The notes under the pieces are model-generated. The model was not told the origin of the DNA. It did no database searches and saw only the letters and a list, made by a program, of their open reading frames with translations. Of a stretch of DNA of 64,000 nucleotides, positions 1-12,440 are shown piece after piece; within the stretch, counting starts at the first letter, position 1; each line of letters begins with the position of its first letter. The stretch covers positions 31,496,001 through 31,560,000 of the forward strand of contig CM060734.1 in NCBI GenBank assembly GCA_030704615.1, written 5' to 3'. The position numbers and the translations under genes were made by a program. This DNA is from Takakia lepidozioides. Its lineage: Eukaryota; Plantae; Bryophyta.

Positions 1-1446
1 CTCCTCAACATTTGTTGCCACACGCTGCATTGTTACTCCCTTGTTTTCCTTTCCGTGTTCCCCTTGTCTCTCATCTAGAACTCAATGTGCCAAAAGTAAG
101 CAAATTAGGTGTTGGCACATTGGGCAAAATTTGAACTATGTATAAAATCAGGTGTTGACTGATCACCACCACACATTCTGACAACCTTCAACGAAAATAA
201 GAATTCCAGACATACTAAGATCGACAAGCTCTAATTAAACCAACATACATACACATAAAATTACACGCTCTCCCTCCCTTAACTTTCTCGTATCCTGCCG
301 TATTTTGCAAGTTATTACTAGCCTGATGAGGTTACAGCAGTCAACTGCCTCCCTAAAGCTGCTGCCAACAAGGACTCTCAACAAATCCTGGAAGTTGAGA
401 TGTCAAACATACAACTTGCAACTTTCTAAACACACCTGACAGGACATCACACTAGTCACACTTAGGTCATTTCCACTCTCAGCTGTTGAGACAGACAGTA
501 AAACTTCACAACGTCCATGGAAGCCCAAAGCGCTTATAAGAGAATGAGTGTGTTAACAAGACAGTCAAAGGCCCTCTAGTAAGATGATCACGATTATTGG
601 CTGCCAGATCACATAGTCTGCTCACAGAGACGTAGGCTACACACAGACACGGAAAAAACTAAGAAACACAGATCTAAATCAAGTTTTCTGGTCATAGGAT
701 GGTCAAAACCCTGAGGTTTAAACCATGAACTAGACATATCGCAGAATTGTACCAATCTGAATAAATCGCCCGATTGTACCAGTTCTGATCTTTTCCAAGA
801 ATGCAGACAGCGCTGGGAGGAGGCTCTTGAGTCAAATCGACAGAAGATTCTTCCTACCTTCACTTCGTCACAAACATGTAGGGAGGAAGCAAAGGAACTG
901 ATTAGAAAAGCATGAACAATATCGTCTATTGCAACATACTGTAAAACCTGGTTGTACTCAGGTAACCCGAATTCTAGTAACCACATCTGCAGTGCACTAG
1001 TGTTGAGTATTTAATAAAATCTGGAAAGAATCGCAAACAGCAAACCTAGGGCTTCCGCTAGAGACAACGGGAATCCGGGAATCTGGAGAATAAAGGCTCC
1101 AACGCAGTCAAATTGCCGCAACATTGGTTCAAAACTTCAAAAACAGAACATCGCAGAATTTTGATGGACGCAAAGCATGAAGGAACAAAAGGGGATACTC
1201 ATATTACCAGACAAGTAAGGGAAACCGTCTATTTGATTGTATTCCGCATGATTGTGTGCACTTCAGGCCGAGAATCAGAGTCTGACCCTGCATCATAGAG
1301 AATGCGAAAGTCTCTGTTCATCTTCGCCTGCTTGTCTTTCTTTCTGCGACAGCTTCCGCAACAGAAAAGCGAGGTCCAGCACCCCCATGAAAAACAAGAG
1401 CACTTTATCATGCGTTACTTCAAACAGGTATCCGTTAAAGTTGTTG

Positions 1447-1569
1447 TCACATGGGATAGTTTGCATTGAATTGCGAACGGAGCCAGGGAGACGATGCTTG
1501 AGTTGAAGTGTTTGTTCTAATGCGGTAGATAGCCATGAACAGAAAAGCCAGGAGGAATCGGGGATGCAT
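1447..1569 (-). other. Conserved-peptide uORF resembling the LONESOME HIGHWAY (LHW/LHL bHLH) CPuORF, in the 5' leader of a minus-strand gene whose main ORF lies left of the window
   Basis: ATG at 1569 gives MHPRFLLAFLFMAIYRIRTNTSTQASSPWLRSQFNANYPM*. The core RF..A..MAIYRIRT.TS..SS..LR matches my recollection of the LHW-family uORF. GA-rich leader at 1640-1820 (minus), further uORFs at 1229-1411, and a minus-strand exon 986-858 bounded by CTGCAG| and |GTAGGA. Confidence 0.55.
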
Positions 1570-2969
1570 AAAACCAGCCACAATCTTCCATGCCTGTGGG
1601 CCGGATATGGATGGAAGGTGCATCAGAGCATGGATGACGATTCTCTCCCCTACCTCTCTCTCTTCTCTCACTCCACAACCTTTCTGTCTCTCTCTGGCAG
1701 TTTGACTTTGTCTCTTTGGCTGTTTATCTCCAGCCGGACCCCTTGGAAGTCAACGACACCCATAAGTTTCACTCTTACGCATAGCCACACTTCTCCTTCT
1801 CTGTCTCTTTCTCCTCTCTGAATCTGTTTTTCCTACTAGAAGCCACCCTTTCAGTATAAAAGGCTGGGTCCAGTGCTTGACGTACAAATCACTGACTCAA
1901 TTCGTATGCTCCATGAAGAATCCTGGTAAGAATTTCGAGAAAAGTAGTAGAAGATGCAAGCAAATTATGATGGTAATGGCTGAAGTATGTATTAGATCTG
2001 GCTATGCTGGAAAGCTCTGTGGCAAAAAACGAGGAGGAAAGCATCCCTTCGTAGCCCCCCTCAAAAACACCCAAAAGAAGACTTCGAATGGATGTAGTTA
2101 CTATTTGTCATCCATTTAGGGACATTACATCCGCATCATTCTCACGGATGCAGCTTGGATATTCGATGAATGCAAGATGAATGTAAACTGCAATCCTGTC
2201 AATAATGCGAGGGTTTTAGCGGTTGCTTGTTTCTTGGACGTTGCTTCCAGGGCAGTGCAGCTTACAACAATAGCTTAGTTCGAAGCATGTGTATTCTCTC
2301 TTGATTAAATGTGTAGAATTGATTGAGCGGGTGCTGTCAGTTGGCTCTTATGAACCAGTCTCAAGTTTCTGAAGTGGTGAATGTATCTACTTCGAGACAA
2401 GCATTCTGTTGGTGACCAATTTTGATGTTTGAGACAGAGGTTTCTAAATCCCGCAGTTGTCCAAATAAAACTTGTAACACTTGGCGGGAGGACGATTGGC
2501 AACGACATATTTCTGATTACAAGCTTGGTAAGTTATTTTGAAGCTGCTAAATGGTTTTAGGATAGCCCCTGTCAGTGTACCATGGTTGATTCAGCGCACT
2601 GTAAAGCTCTGTTCGTCCTGATATCATCTCTCCTGCCTGTCTGCTTTGGCATGCGCTTCCAGTTTTACTTCTTTCTTCACAACAACTTCGACGTTCTTTT
2701 CTTCTGTTCCAGTTCAACGTGGTAAGACACCTTCTTCTACAATTCATACGTTGAGACTTTAATTATTGCAATAGCGGCAACTTTTTAACCCTTAGCCAGT
2801 GTGATGGCAGATAGGGTTTGAGTTCGTGCTCTCCACTTTTATAAGGAAAGATTTGCCAAAAACATTTGGTTCTCTGTTCTGACGCCTTGGTTGTGAATGT
2901 GGATTTTTTGGATAAATTGTTGGAGCTCTGTCTAAGGCACTATCCTTCTAAACGTATGGTGCAGACAGG

Positions 2970-4752
2970 ATGGCAGCTTGCTGTGTACCACCAGCTCTCA
3001 CACTCTCACATGCCAGTCAAAAGCGTTACGTACATCCGGCACTGCGCCCCTCCCAACTATGTACGTATATCCGAGAAAAGAATAGAAGGAATCACTTAGG
3101 ATTTTTTAGGTGGAGAAATCAGCACACTATCGTCTGCAAGGAGTCAGTACAATCGCTCCAGGAGAGTGGAAATAAGAAACGGGCAGCGAGAAAGGCGATG
3201 ACAGTTATTCAAAGAGTTGAACTCGCAAAGGAGGAGATGGAGAGAAGGGCTATAAAGAGAAATGCAACTAGACTGTTTCCTCGGGCGTTGTTGGATACTC
3301 TTATGGATCGCATACGACTAGAACAATGGGAGGGTGCTCTTAAGGTGCTTCTACTTTATTTGAGCTTGACATTTGCCATCTAATGAGGAAACTGCTCCTG
3401 CAGCAATTGTTACCTGGCCAAATTCATTGGCAGGCTTGTATGCATTGTCGTCCCTCCCCAACAATTAGTGTGTTAGAAGCTACACCTGCAAGCAATCTCT
3501 ATCAGGGGATGAGAGCGTGATGATACTCTATTTCGAGCAGATCTTTGGCCAGTCAATATGGTATGAACTTGACGCTTGTTCTTGCAAATGGACATTTGAT
3601 ATTTATGGTAGAAGTCACTTGTCAAAAGTTTTGTTTTGGGGGGCGGGGCGCTTGTGACAGGTGTTTGGGCTTGTGAGACATCAAGAGTGGTATGATGGTG
3701 ACATTGGAACATACATCAAACTCATTGAAATGCTGGGGAAATGCAAGAAGCCTGACCACGCAGCTGCTCTCTTTGACCTAATGTTTGAAGATGGTTGCCA
3801 ACCAACAGTTCAGGCCTTCACAGCACTCCTCACTGTCTACTCTAGAAACAACCTTCTTGATCGGGCATTCACACTGTTTGAGGCAATGCAAGATTTTCAG
3901 AACTGTGAACCCGATGTGTATACATATAGTTTAATGATCAAATCCTGCTGCGATGCTGGACTTCATGACAAAGCTCATCGATTGCTTCATGAGATGAGGG
4001 AGACGGGGGTGGAGCCTAATACGGTCACTTTTAATACTCTCATATCGGCTTTTGGCAGGGAGAGAATGTTTCCTCAGATGGAAGAGCTATTTAAATACAT
4101 GCTGGGGATGGGGAGCTGTCAACCAGACATGTGGACTTGGAATGCCGTCATTCACAGTTATGGAGCCAATGGACAAATTGGAACAATGGAGACGTGGTTT
4201 GGAAGGCTACAGAAATCAGATTTTCTGCCTGACATGGTCACCCTGAATTCACTTGTGAAAGCATATGGAAAGAAAGGCTTGTATGGTAAAATGCATTGTG
4301 TTATAGAATACATGTACAGATACAATTATGACGTGAATGCAGCCACATATAATATAGTAATTCACAGCTACGGCACGGCAGGCTTGATAGAGCAGATGGA
4401 GAGTACCTTCACTCGAATGAAATGTAATGGTGTGAAACCCAACAAGTCCACATTCTCTTCTCTCTTGAATGCATATGGAAAACAAGGGCTTTCCTACAAA
4501 GTTGAAAAAATAATGCGTCAAGTTCGAAACAGTGATGTGGTTCCAGATGCTGCTATTTATAATGCAGCCATCGACGCCTACCAAAGGACCAAGAGTTTGG
4601 AAGATATGGAGAGAATGTTTGAGGAGATGAAGAGTGTCAGGTGTATGCCAGATACAGTCACATATTGTATTATGATTGAAGCCTTCAAGAGATATCGCAG
4701 GCTCGACAAGGCAACCCAAATGGAGTTGGAATTGCAAGAATTACGGCAGTAG
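2970..4752 (+). CDS. P-class pentatricopeptide repeat protein, probably plastid-targeted (At5g48730/At3g06430-like group); 2 exons
   Basis: Exon 1 2970-3344, phase-0 GT-AG intron 3345-3660, exon 2 3661-4752. The splice gives ...WEGALK|VFGLVRHQEWY...TYIKLIEMLGKCKKP, followed by about 10 tandem 35-aa PPR motifs (PDVYTYSLMI, PNTVTFNTLI, PDTVTYCIMI). Confidence 0.92.
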
Positions 4753-6769
4753 ACCCTGTCCTTATGGGCTCTTCATCCATGATTGTATTTCTTTATATGA
4801 TGGGAGGACTTTCTGTGGGAATATGCCCTATGCCTGTTCGCCCTACTGCTCTCTCTCGGAACCTGCACCTGCAGATCCACCTTTCCCTTGTGCAGAATCA
4901 ATCTCGGTAGTGCAAGGTGTACTTTTCCTAAACCATCTGATGGTCTCACCCCAGGAATTTGTGCCAAACCATAGAGTTTGCCTTAGATTTGCTTGTGCAC
5001 ATAATTATCTACTTGGCTGTGCACTCATGGGTATAGAGTGTAAGAGCATAGTCTTTGTGTGTAATTTATCACCCTTCACTGACACCTCCCCTTCTGCAGT
5101 ATTCCACCCATACTTCCCTCCCCTCCATGCAGTAGAAATATAAGCTCACCTGGTCCTGATCGTCTCAATTTTCCTGACGATGTCTTCCATGAAGGTGATG
5201 GCTCTCCCACTTTTTGTTTTGATATGTTCAGGTATTACAAGCTTGTGGAGCCTGCGGTTTATGTGGCAACCACTTTTAAATCTGCCAATGCCTTGTTGCT
5301 GGAGTTGTCCACCGCCTTGCTTACGATGGGCAAATCAGACAAGTGGCTTCACTTTCAGTACAATCACTGTTGGGAGCCATCACAGCTATGTTGCTTCTAA
5401 GTAAGCTTCGCTGCAGCTGGTCCTTGGAAAGTCCTAACTAAAGTCCCACTCAGGCTCTCCCTCTCTCCCTCCTTTTTAGCACTTGCTGTCATTGTTACAT
5501 CTTCTTATATTCTTGTAAGAAACCTTTGGTCCTGTTCCAGTTACCATGCAGATTGTCAGAATAGTGCAAGATAGGCAGATAGGCTGTTCATAGAATTTCA
5601 AGGGCTTTGTGGATGTCCTGTAGGCTAACAGGTGGCATAAAAAAAATTCATGTCGCAGGCCCGCCACTGTTCTGTTGCCCAACAAGGTAGCTCACAGATG
5701 GGGCCTATCACCACTTAACTTTCATCTCAGGTTCTCAGGGTCTAGACCTGGTTGATCTCATGGCATCTATCGTATATTGAACATATACATTGGCTTCGTA
5801 TGGGGCGGGTGGTGTCATACCCTACATCAGATGTTACATAGAAGGCTGCCCCATGGGTTGCACCTCATCTGTCTGCAATTGTCTCTATCTTTAAATTAAA
5901 ATATGTGTCCTCATCTGGTTTACAGATATATTCAGGGAATCCCAACCTCCACTGCTCTTTCCTGGTCTGTGAATATTTTTTTTAATAAATGTGGGAGTGT
6001 GGCTGACATTTGGCTAGATTTACAATCATACGATGATGAAGCAGCCATAACCCATAGCTTTCCTTGTGGCTACTGATGCTCATATTGTGAGTGTGGCATG
6101 GCATATGTGTGCCTTGAAAGAAAAATCTGATTGGTGTACGTGGCTGGCAAAATGGATAATGATATCTGCTAGCAACATTTGATCCAAGGAGCACAAGACA
6201 AGGAAGTTTCGAAATGTCCATGGTGTCTGAGCAGCTCTAATCTAATGCACTGACACTCATTTTATTCTGTGTGATAGAGGGTACAGTACAAGGACACCTG
6301 AAGCTCAGGATTGCAGCTTATAATGTGAAAGACTTCAATAATTAGTGATCTGGCAGTTCTATGGTCAATGTTTTAATTAGGCTAATTGGAGTTTCTGAAA
6401 CTTTTGCAGATGGGTCAGCAGAAAGGTAGTAGGAGAACAAAAAAGAGGCTGGAGTTCCAAAGTAAGCAACGAATTTGAGGGACTACGTCAAGACCTGTTG
6501 ACTGTAATCTGGATTTCTTGACTGCGATGACTGGCAAATGTTAGTGAGGGAAACAGAAGGAATGTGACAGGGCCATGAGGCTTTGTAGATAGATCTAACA
6601 TCTGCCACTGGTAGTAGATTGCATCACGAGATCAAAGTTACCACTGACATAGCTGGTTGTCGTCTGAGAATATGGGAAAGCGGCCAACCAAGCATGACGC
6701 CTCTCGAACTACGTGGGCTGGGACAACTCTGAAGCACCATGAGCAGGATCTGGATTGAGACTCAGCAAT

Positions 6770-6885
6770 CATCAAGATCCCAACAGGTTATGCCAAATAG
6801 TGTTCTTAATGCATGTGCCAGCCTTGCTCCCATAGAAAAGGGCAAAAAAATTTAGGAGTACATCATCAGCCTGGCCTAGTATTTT
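6770..6885 (+). pseudogene. Small relic of a PLS-class PPR gene
   Basis: From about 6797 reads NSVLNACASLAPIEKGKKI*EYIISL, an L-type motif of RNA-editing PLS PPRs, with an in-frame TAG and no extended ORF. Confidence 0.6.
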
Positions 6886-7509
6886 GTGTTCCACTCCACT
6901 ACTAGTACAGGTTGTACTAATGGGTGGGATTGGGCAGCATCTAAGGGCCACAGGTCAGGTCCCTCTTTCTTCCACTACAATGGTATGTCTCATTTCCATG
7001 TCTACTTGTTATCTCCAAATTACCCACACTATAAAGAATGTTGCACCCATAGCTTATATTATTGGATATGTAAGTCATTCCTGGTCTCTAATTCATCCAC
7101 TATCATGAACATATCCTTTGAATGTAGTCTAAATGCTATCACTGAACCAATGCCATTTCTGTGGATAAGTACATGTTTTCGTAACCCGTGCACCGCAAAT
7201 AAACAACATGCTCAATCCATAAACCCATGATTAACACAGTACCAAACATTGCTGAGCTTGCTCACTGGATTGATTGAAGTTTGAAAAAGTGACCAAGGAA
7301 TGCATCCCCAACATGACGGCAACAGTGATTACACAGCAAAAGCCCCTCTAGAAGACTCAATGACCGTCAACCCCAGTAACTCACTACCCAAATAAAATCA
7401 GCTCGTCGGTCTGTGCATCAGCATCCATGCCTTCATCTATTCACCTAGATGCATACACCCTTCACAAGGTGACCACACATTCAACAGCAAGACTGCAGAA
7501 AAATGATGA

Positions 7510-8989
7510 TTATGTGTTGGTGGCCCTAGTGTAAATCTGTTGGTTTGCATGGGCCGCAACCAATCGAATAGTTCCCCGCGCCATCATCTCCTTGATTGCC
7601 CTCCGTGCCAGCGAGCCCGTAATCTGCATTTCAAAATACCTACCATAATTCAGTCAAAAGATACTAAGAACAGGGGGGAATTTGAGTGACTCTCCAGAAT
7701 TGACACTATCGAACAGGACAACAAGAGACTGGACCCTCAATCTGACATGATCACAAAACAGTCCTACTAGGACACAACACACCACATAATTCAAAAATCC
7801 CACAGAACATACTCCACTTTCTCGTGGGACCTGTGCATTACTGGGGCTTTTGCCTTCGGACCCAAAAATAAATGCTGGCATGCAGCTAACCAAAACCCCA
7901 GGTTCAATTTCAGATTATTTTGGAGAGGGGGAGAGTGTACCCGAAGGCGATCAGACAAGACTGAAGGAGTAATGAGCTTGTATTTGGGCACTTCAGAGAG
8001 GAGCTTATCGTAGGTGCCTTGATCAAAAAGCACCATGTTGTTCACCTTCTCCTTTTGCTTTCCCTTGCTCCACTTCTGCAAACAGATGGTCACAACAAGC
8101 GACCTAAATCTTTCAGGTACTCATAAGCTAGCAGCAGCAGAAAGCTAGACAAGGAAAACCTGTTGCCACTTCTCCCGCCCTCTGACGAACAATTGACATT
8201 CATACCACTGTCTACCTCTCCCAATGTTCTCATCTATATCTCAGTACAACGATGAGTACCCAGATGCCAGACGAACCTTCTTTTTCTGCTTTCCGCCGCC
8301 TCCACTCTTGGCAGGCTTGGACGGGGGCGCTGCTTTCTCCTTCTTGGGTGCCTACCTCGCACAAGAGACAGACGACTTGACAGATCTTTACACATACTTC
8401 AAATTTTACCATAATAGATTCTAAATTCAGGACTCCGAGAAGCAGATCCAAAAAACTCGGGGGGAACTAAGGCATTCCTGTAGCTCATCGAAGACGTGAG
8501 TGGACACTAGATTTACAAACAGACAAGCTTAACCTCCAGTCAACTTGAAGTACAGAATACGGAGACAAATGGGTGCTAGGCAATTGTGTCGGCGGAAAAG
8601 TAGACCAGAGTGAGTGGATGCTTAATGAACCACACAAAGTTCCCTAATGCACCTCCAATGTTACCATATTTTACATAAAAATGACAATCCATGCACAGAT
8701 GTGACACCCCAAAAACTTCTGCCAGACCTTCAAGTGACGAGATTCGAGTAGAAAACCAGAGAAAAATAAACAAGGCTAGAGAATCAGGCCCAGACATAGA
8801 CGAGCACTCAGAAAACCTCCATACAACACTAACATAACCGGAGGTCCACCTGGACAATTTCGAAGCACCAGATCCCCAAGCTAAGAAACAACGGAGACGG
8901 CTAGCAATGAGCCCTACATAATCGAGATTCACGAAACTAGAACAAACAAGCGGGTGATGGGGATGTGTCGAGTGCATACTGCATACCAT
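7510..8989 (-). CDS. RPS25: 40S ribosomal protein S25 (eS25), 108 aa, 4 exons
   Basis: Exons 8989-8987 (ATG), 8351-8277, 8075-7941 and 7623-7510, all with GT-AG introns. Product: [107 protein letters not shown]. Confidence 0.97.
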
Positions 8990-9066
8990 GGTGAGACGCT
9001 GCGGTGGCGCAAACGATCCTCCCCAGTTAAAAAGAGAGAGAAGATGGAGACACGCCGATGAATACC

Positions 9067-9096
9067 AAACCCTAAACCCGCTCCTACCTATAAATA
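9067..9096 (-). promoter_or_regulatory. RPS25 core promoter: telo-box and TATA-like element
   Basis: AAACCCTAA at 9067-9075 (the telo-box typical of plant ribosomal-protein genes) and TATTTATA on the minus strand at about 9089-9096, 80-105 bp upstream of the ATG. Confidence 0.6.
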
Positions 9097-10137
9097 TTCG
9101 TCAGCTTATCTTTTTATTTTATTTTTATTTTCGAGGAAAAGAGGTCGAAAACACATAAACTTGTGCATTGACAACTCAGTCCTTAACCCCTAATGGACGA
9201 GTCGACCTGATTCGGGTCGATTGGATATTTCGACCGTCAGTGGGGCCCTTGGATGAATCTGGATGAAGATGGGCCCTGAACAAAAGTTGTAGCCCTTGAG
9301 ATTCTGCGCCGGACAGAATTTATTGCACCCTAATTGGACAAATCCTGCGCCGTCAGGATTTTCTGAAGTGATGATGAGCACCCAAAATCCAATGGTTTCT
9401 TGCCCTCCACGGGCTTTGACCTAGCCACGTGGCAGGCAAAATGAGCGTCGGTGGCCCGATGCCGGCGATCGGGTGCATGCAGGGTTGGCATGTCCGCCCG
9501 TACGGACATGGGATGCCACCCTTTGGCCAGTGACGGGTGGCGGCAGCGTGGAACGAGCTCTTTCTTCGCGCGCACAGAGTCCGGGTTCCTGGAGCTTGCA
9601 AATCGTGGCCCCTCTCGCATTTCCTTGGCGCTTTTGTGTGCATGTTTTGCTTGATCTTCCGTGGATCGCCCGCATTCGCTTCGTAGGGGGTGTATTTATG
9701 GGCTTCATTTTCGGGTCATGGCGACTTACCTCTCCTAGGCTCGAAGCGGCGGGAGCTGTTCCGTTTCCTGCTGTGTGTTCTAGACATTAGAGCTCGGGGT
9801 GTGATTGCATTTACGCAGCTGTTAGGGCTGAGTGTTTGGCGTTTAGATTCTTGTGCCCTGCCGAATTTTCATTGTAATGCAAGTTGTCAATTTTTCTTGC
9901 ATGTCGTTTTGTGAAATGCTTTTATGCATTTGGGCTCTGTGTTTTGTGTGGTAGGGGATGGTTGCAGGGGAGCGTGGTATGTTGGGGTTTCATTTTGCAG
10001 CTGGTTTTGGAGAGTTTGCAAAATTCGCCGAGGTACATCATTCCTTCCTGTGCTTAGGGAAGATGGGTCATCTGCATTGATTCATCGTGAGGGCTTGCAT
10101 TCATTTCTTGTGATCTCTGTCGGTCTCAGGGATTCGT

Positions 10138-10584
10138 ATGGCACCAAAGAGGAAGAACGCTCTTGTGCCTGAGCCACCGTCATCCCCACCCGAGTTTGCA
10201 GCTGTCGCGGAGGTTATAAGGGAGTGGGCGCTTGAGGAGCAGCACTGCACTCCCGAGCAGTGCAAGGTAATATTGGGGTGTCTGTCTCCTGCCTTCCTCT
10301 GTAGTTTGCCTCCACCGCCGTTCGCCAATTGTTGGCCTCGCCACCCTCGTCCTCACAATTTTCGCTTTCTGTTTAGACGTCAAGTGGCTCTAGTTTTTGG
10401 TTGGAGAGAGAGAAGAGATAAAGGTGATAAGGAGGGGTTCAGTGACGCTGTGAATTCTGTTTTGAGAGATGATGTCTGGCCCGATGCCGACAGTCAGGCG
10501 TCTGAAGGAGTTGGCTCGTGCAAAGAGGTCGGTTCCTGCAAGTGTGACAGCACCTCCCAAAGGTGTGGTGAGGAAAAAAAATAA
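10138..10584 (+). CDS. Hypothetical 148-aa ORF inside the piggyBac-like element
   Basis: ATG-initiated intact ORF starting with an NLS-like MAPKRK, upstream of the transposase. No family recognised. Confidence 0.4.
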   Translation: MAPKRKNALVPEPPSSPPEFAAVAEVIREWALEEQHCTPEQCKVILGCLSPAFLCSLPPPPFANCWPRHPRPHNFRFLFRRQVALVFGWRERRDKGDKEGFSDAVNSVLRDDVWPDADSQASEGVGSCKEVGSCKCDSTSQRCGEEKK

Positions 10585-10746
10585 GGGAGTGATGAATTCG
10601 GGTGTTGTGGGATGTATTGGTGGGCCTCTGGGTGCTGGAAGCATGCTTGCCGTCGGTCGGGCTGCTTTGGGGGACATGCATCCCAACACTGGTGCACTGG
10701 TTCTTTTTGGTGAGGGGTCTTCTAATCATGTTTTGGGCCACGATGA

Positions 10747-11826
10747 GGCCTTCTTCGACATGGACAGTGTGAGGAGATTGTGGATAGGTGTAAAAGTCTC
10801 TGGAATCTGAACAAAATGGTGACTGTCGACGAGGTGATGATCCGTTACAAGGGGAAGTACTCCCCAATTAGAATGTATATGCCTAAGAAACCATGCAAAT
10901 GGGGCATCAAGGTGTGGGCCTTGGCTGACTCGGAGACTTCATATGTCTACGACTTTTCAGTGTATGCTGGTACGAATGCAGGAGGGCCAAATGGAGAGAG
11001 GCAGAAAAGTGGGAAGGGAGAAGGTTACGATGTGGTCACCCGGCTGGCCGACGGGCTGCATGGTTTGGGCCCTGTCATTATGACTGATAATTACTTTACA
11101 GGGGTCCAGCTTCTATATGACATGGCCAAACTTAGCACTTGGGCCACTGGCACGGTAAGAGTGAACAGAAAAGGTCTCCCTCCCTCTTTGCTGAAAATGA
11201 AAAAATCCAAGACTGCCAAGCAAGGGCAGTCATGGTACAGGATGCATAAGTCCAGGGAGGTGGCTGTTGTGTTGTGGTGGGACAAGAAGGGTGTATTCTT
11301 ACTGTCATCTGCAGCTAGGCCAGCTTGCAGCCCTTCATCTCCTGTGACTGTATGTCGTTTTGTGGGAAACCAGAGAGTGCATGTGCCATCCGTGCCTGCA
11401 CATGTGCAATACCAAACGTACATGTGAGGGGTGGATGTGCAGGACCAGCTTAGGGGTGCGTACAGCTTGTAGCTGCGCACAAAGAAGTGGTGGCATCGTC
11501 TGTTGTTTTTTCTTATGGATACCACGCTAGTGAAAGCGTATATCTTGCATTCTGCAATGGAGAGAAGGAGGGGGCGTCGGGCCATGACCCATCTGCAATT
11601 CAATCTAGCTATGGCATATGGTTTGACAGGGGGCTGATGCACTGACAACATTTACACCACGGGGGATTCAGAATGCACGTTTGTGCATCAGTGCCTTCAC
11701 ACCACACGGCGGCGAGTGTGTGTCATGTGCCATGTTCGTACTCACCATTACTGCCCTGGCTGCGATGGCAACCACTTGTGCCTTGGGCGGTGTTGGAATG
11801 AGGCACACCGGCATGCCTTGAGGTGA
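10747..11826 (+). pseudogene. piggyBac (DDE_Tnp_1_7/PGBD-type) transposase, N-terminally deleted, with three nonsense codons
   Basis: One frame contains VTVDEVMIRYKG, MPKKPCKWGIKVW, MTDNYFT, M*GVDVQDQ, KKWWHRLLFFLMD and a C-terminal Cys-rich finger CVMC..HYCPGC..LCLGRCWNEAH. Stops at 11425, 11470 and 11635; final TGA at 11824-11826. Confidence 0.9.
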
Positions 11827-11879
11827 CTGAATTCTGGCTTGCTGTACTGTCTTCTTTCTTTGTGTGTGGCGCATATGTT

Positions 11880-12440
11880 TGTGTGGGTGGGGGTTCACCA
11901 GGGTGTAGGACTGCATGCAGGTATGCTGGAGGCTATGGATGGCGTGTGTGCGTGGGGCGTGGGATGTGGGTATCTCTGATCTGTGGTGGGTATGGGTTCT
12001 TCTTAGGTTGGGGGGTTGTGTGTGTCCGTGTTGGTTGATGGGCAGTGGGGGTCATGGGGGGCTGGTGGTGATGGTTCAATGGCAGTGGAGGGGTGTGGGG
12101 GTCATGCTGTTGCTGGTTGATGGGCAGTTTTGGGAGTGGGGGGGTCATGGGGATCTGCTGCTTGCTCATTGTGGGCTGTTTTGGTGATGGGGGAAGGGCT
12201 GGTGATGGTTCACAGGCTGTGGGGGTGATGGGGATCTGCTGCTGCTGCTGGTTGAGGGGCTGTGGAGGTGATGGGGGTCCTTCAGTGTTGGCGTGTGTGC
12301 GTTGTGTTTGGGTGGTTTCACAGTTTTGGGGGGGCGGGGGCGGGGGGGGGAACTGTCTGCATAGTGGGCAGATCGGGGGGTTCAACTCCCCCCCCAGTTC
12401 GTGGATCATGTCTTCGGGGTGGTGTGTGGTTTGGGTTCGC
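11880..12440. repeat. G/T-rich low-complexity degenerate tandem repeat inside the piggyBac element
   Basis: Recurrent GGGGGTCATGGGG(A/G)TCTGCTG-like units and long G runs (12328-12350). Confidence 0.7.

Noticed and set aside
1229-1411. 60-aa Cys-rich small protein gene
   Set aside because: No family recognised; better explained as an additional uORF in the same leader.
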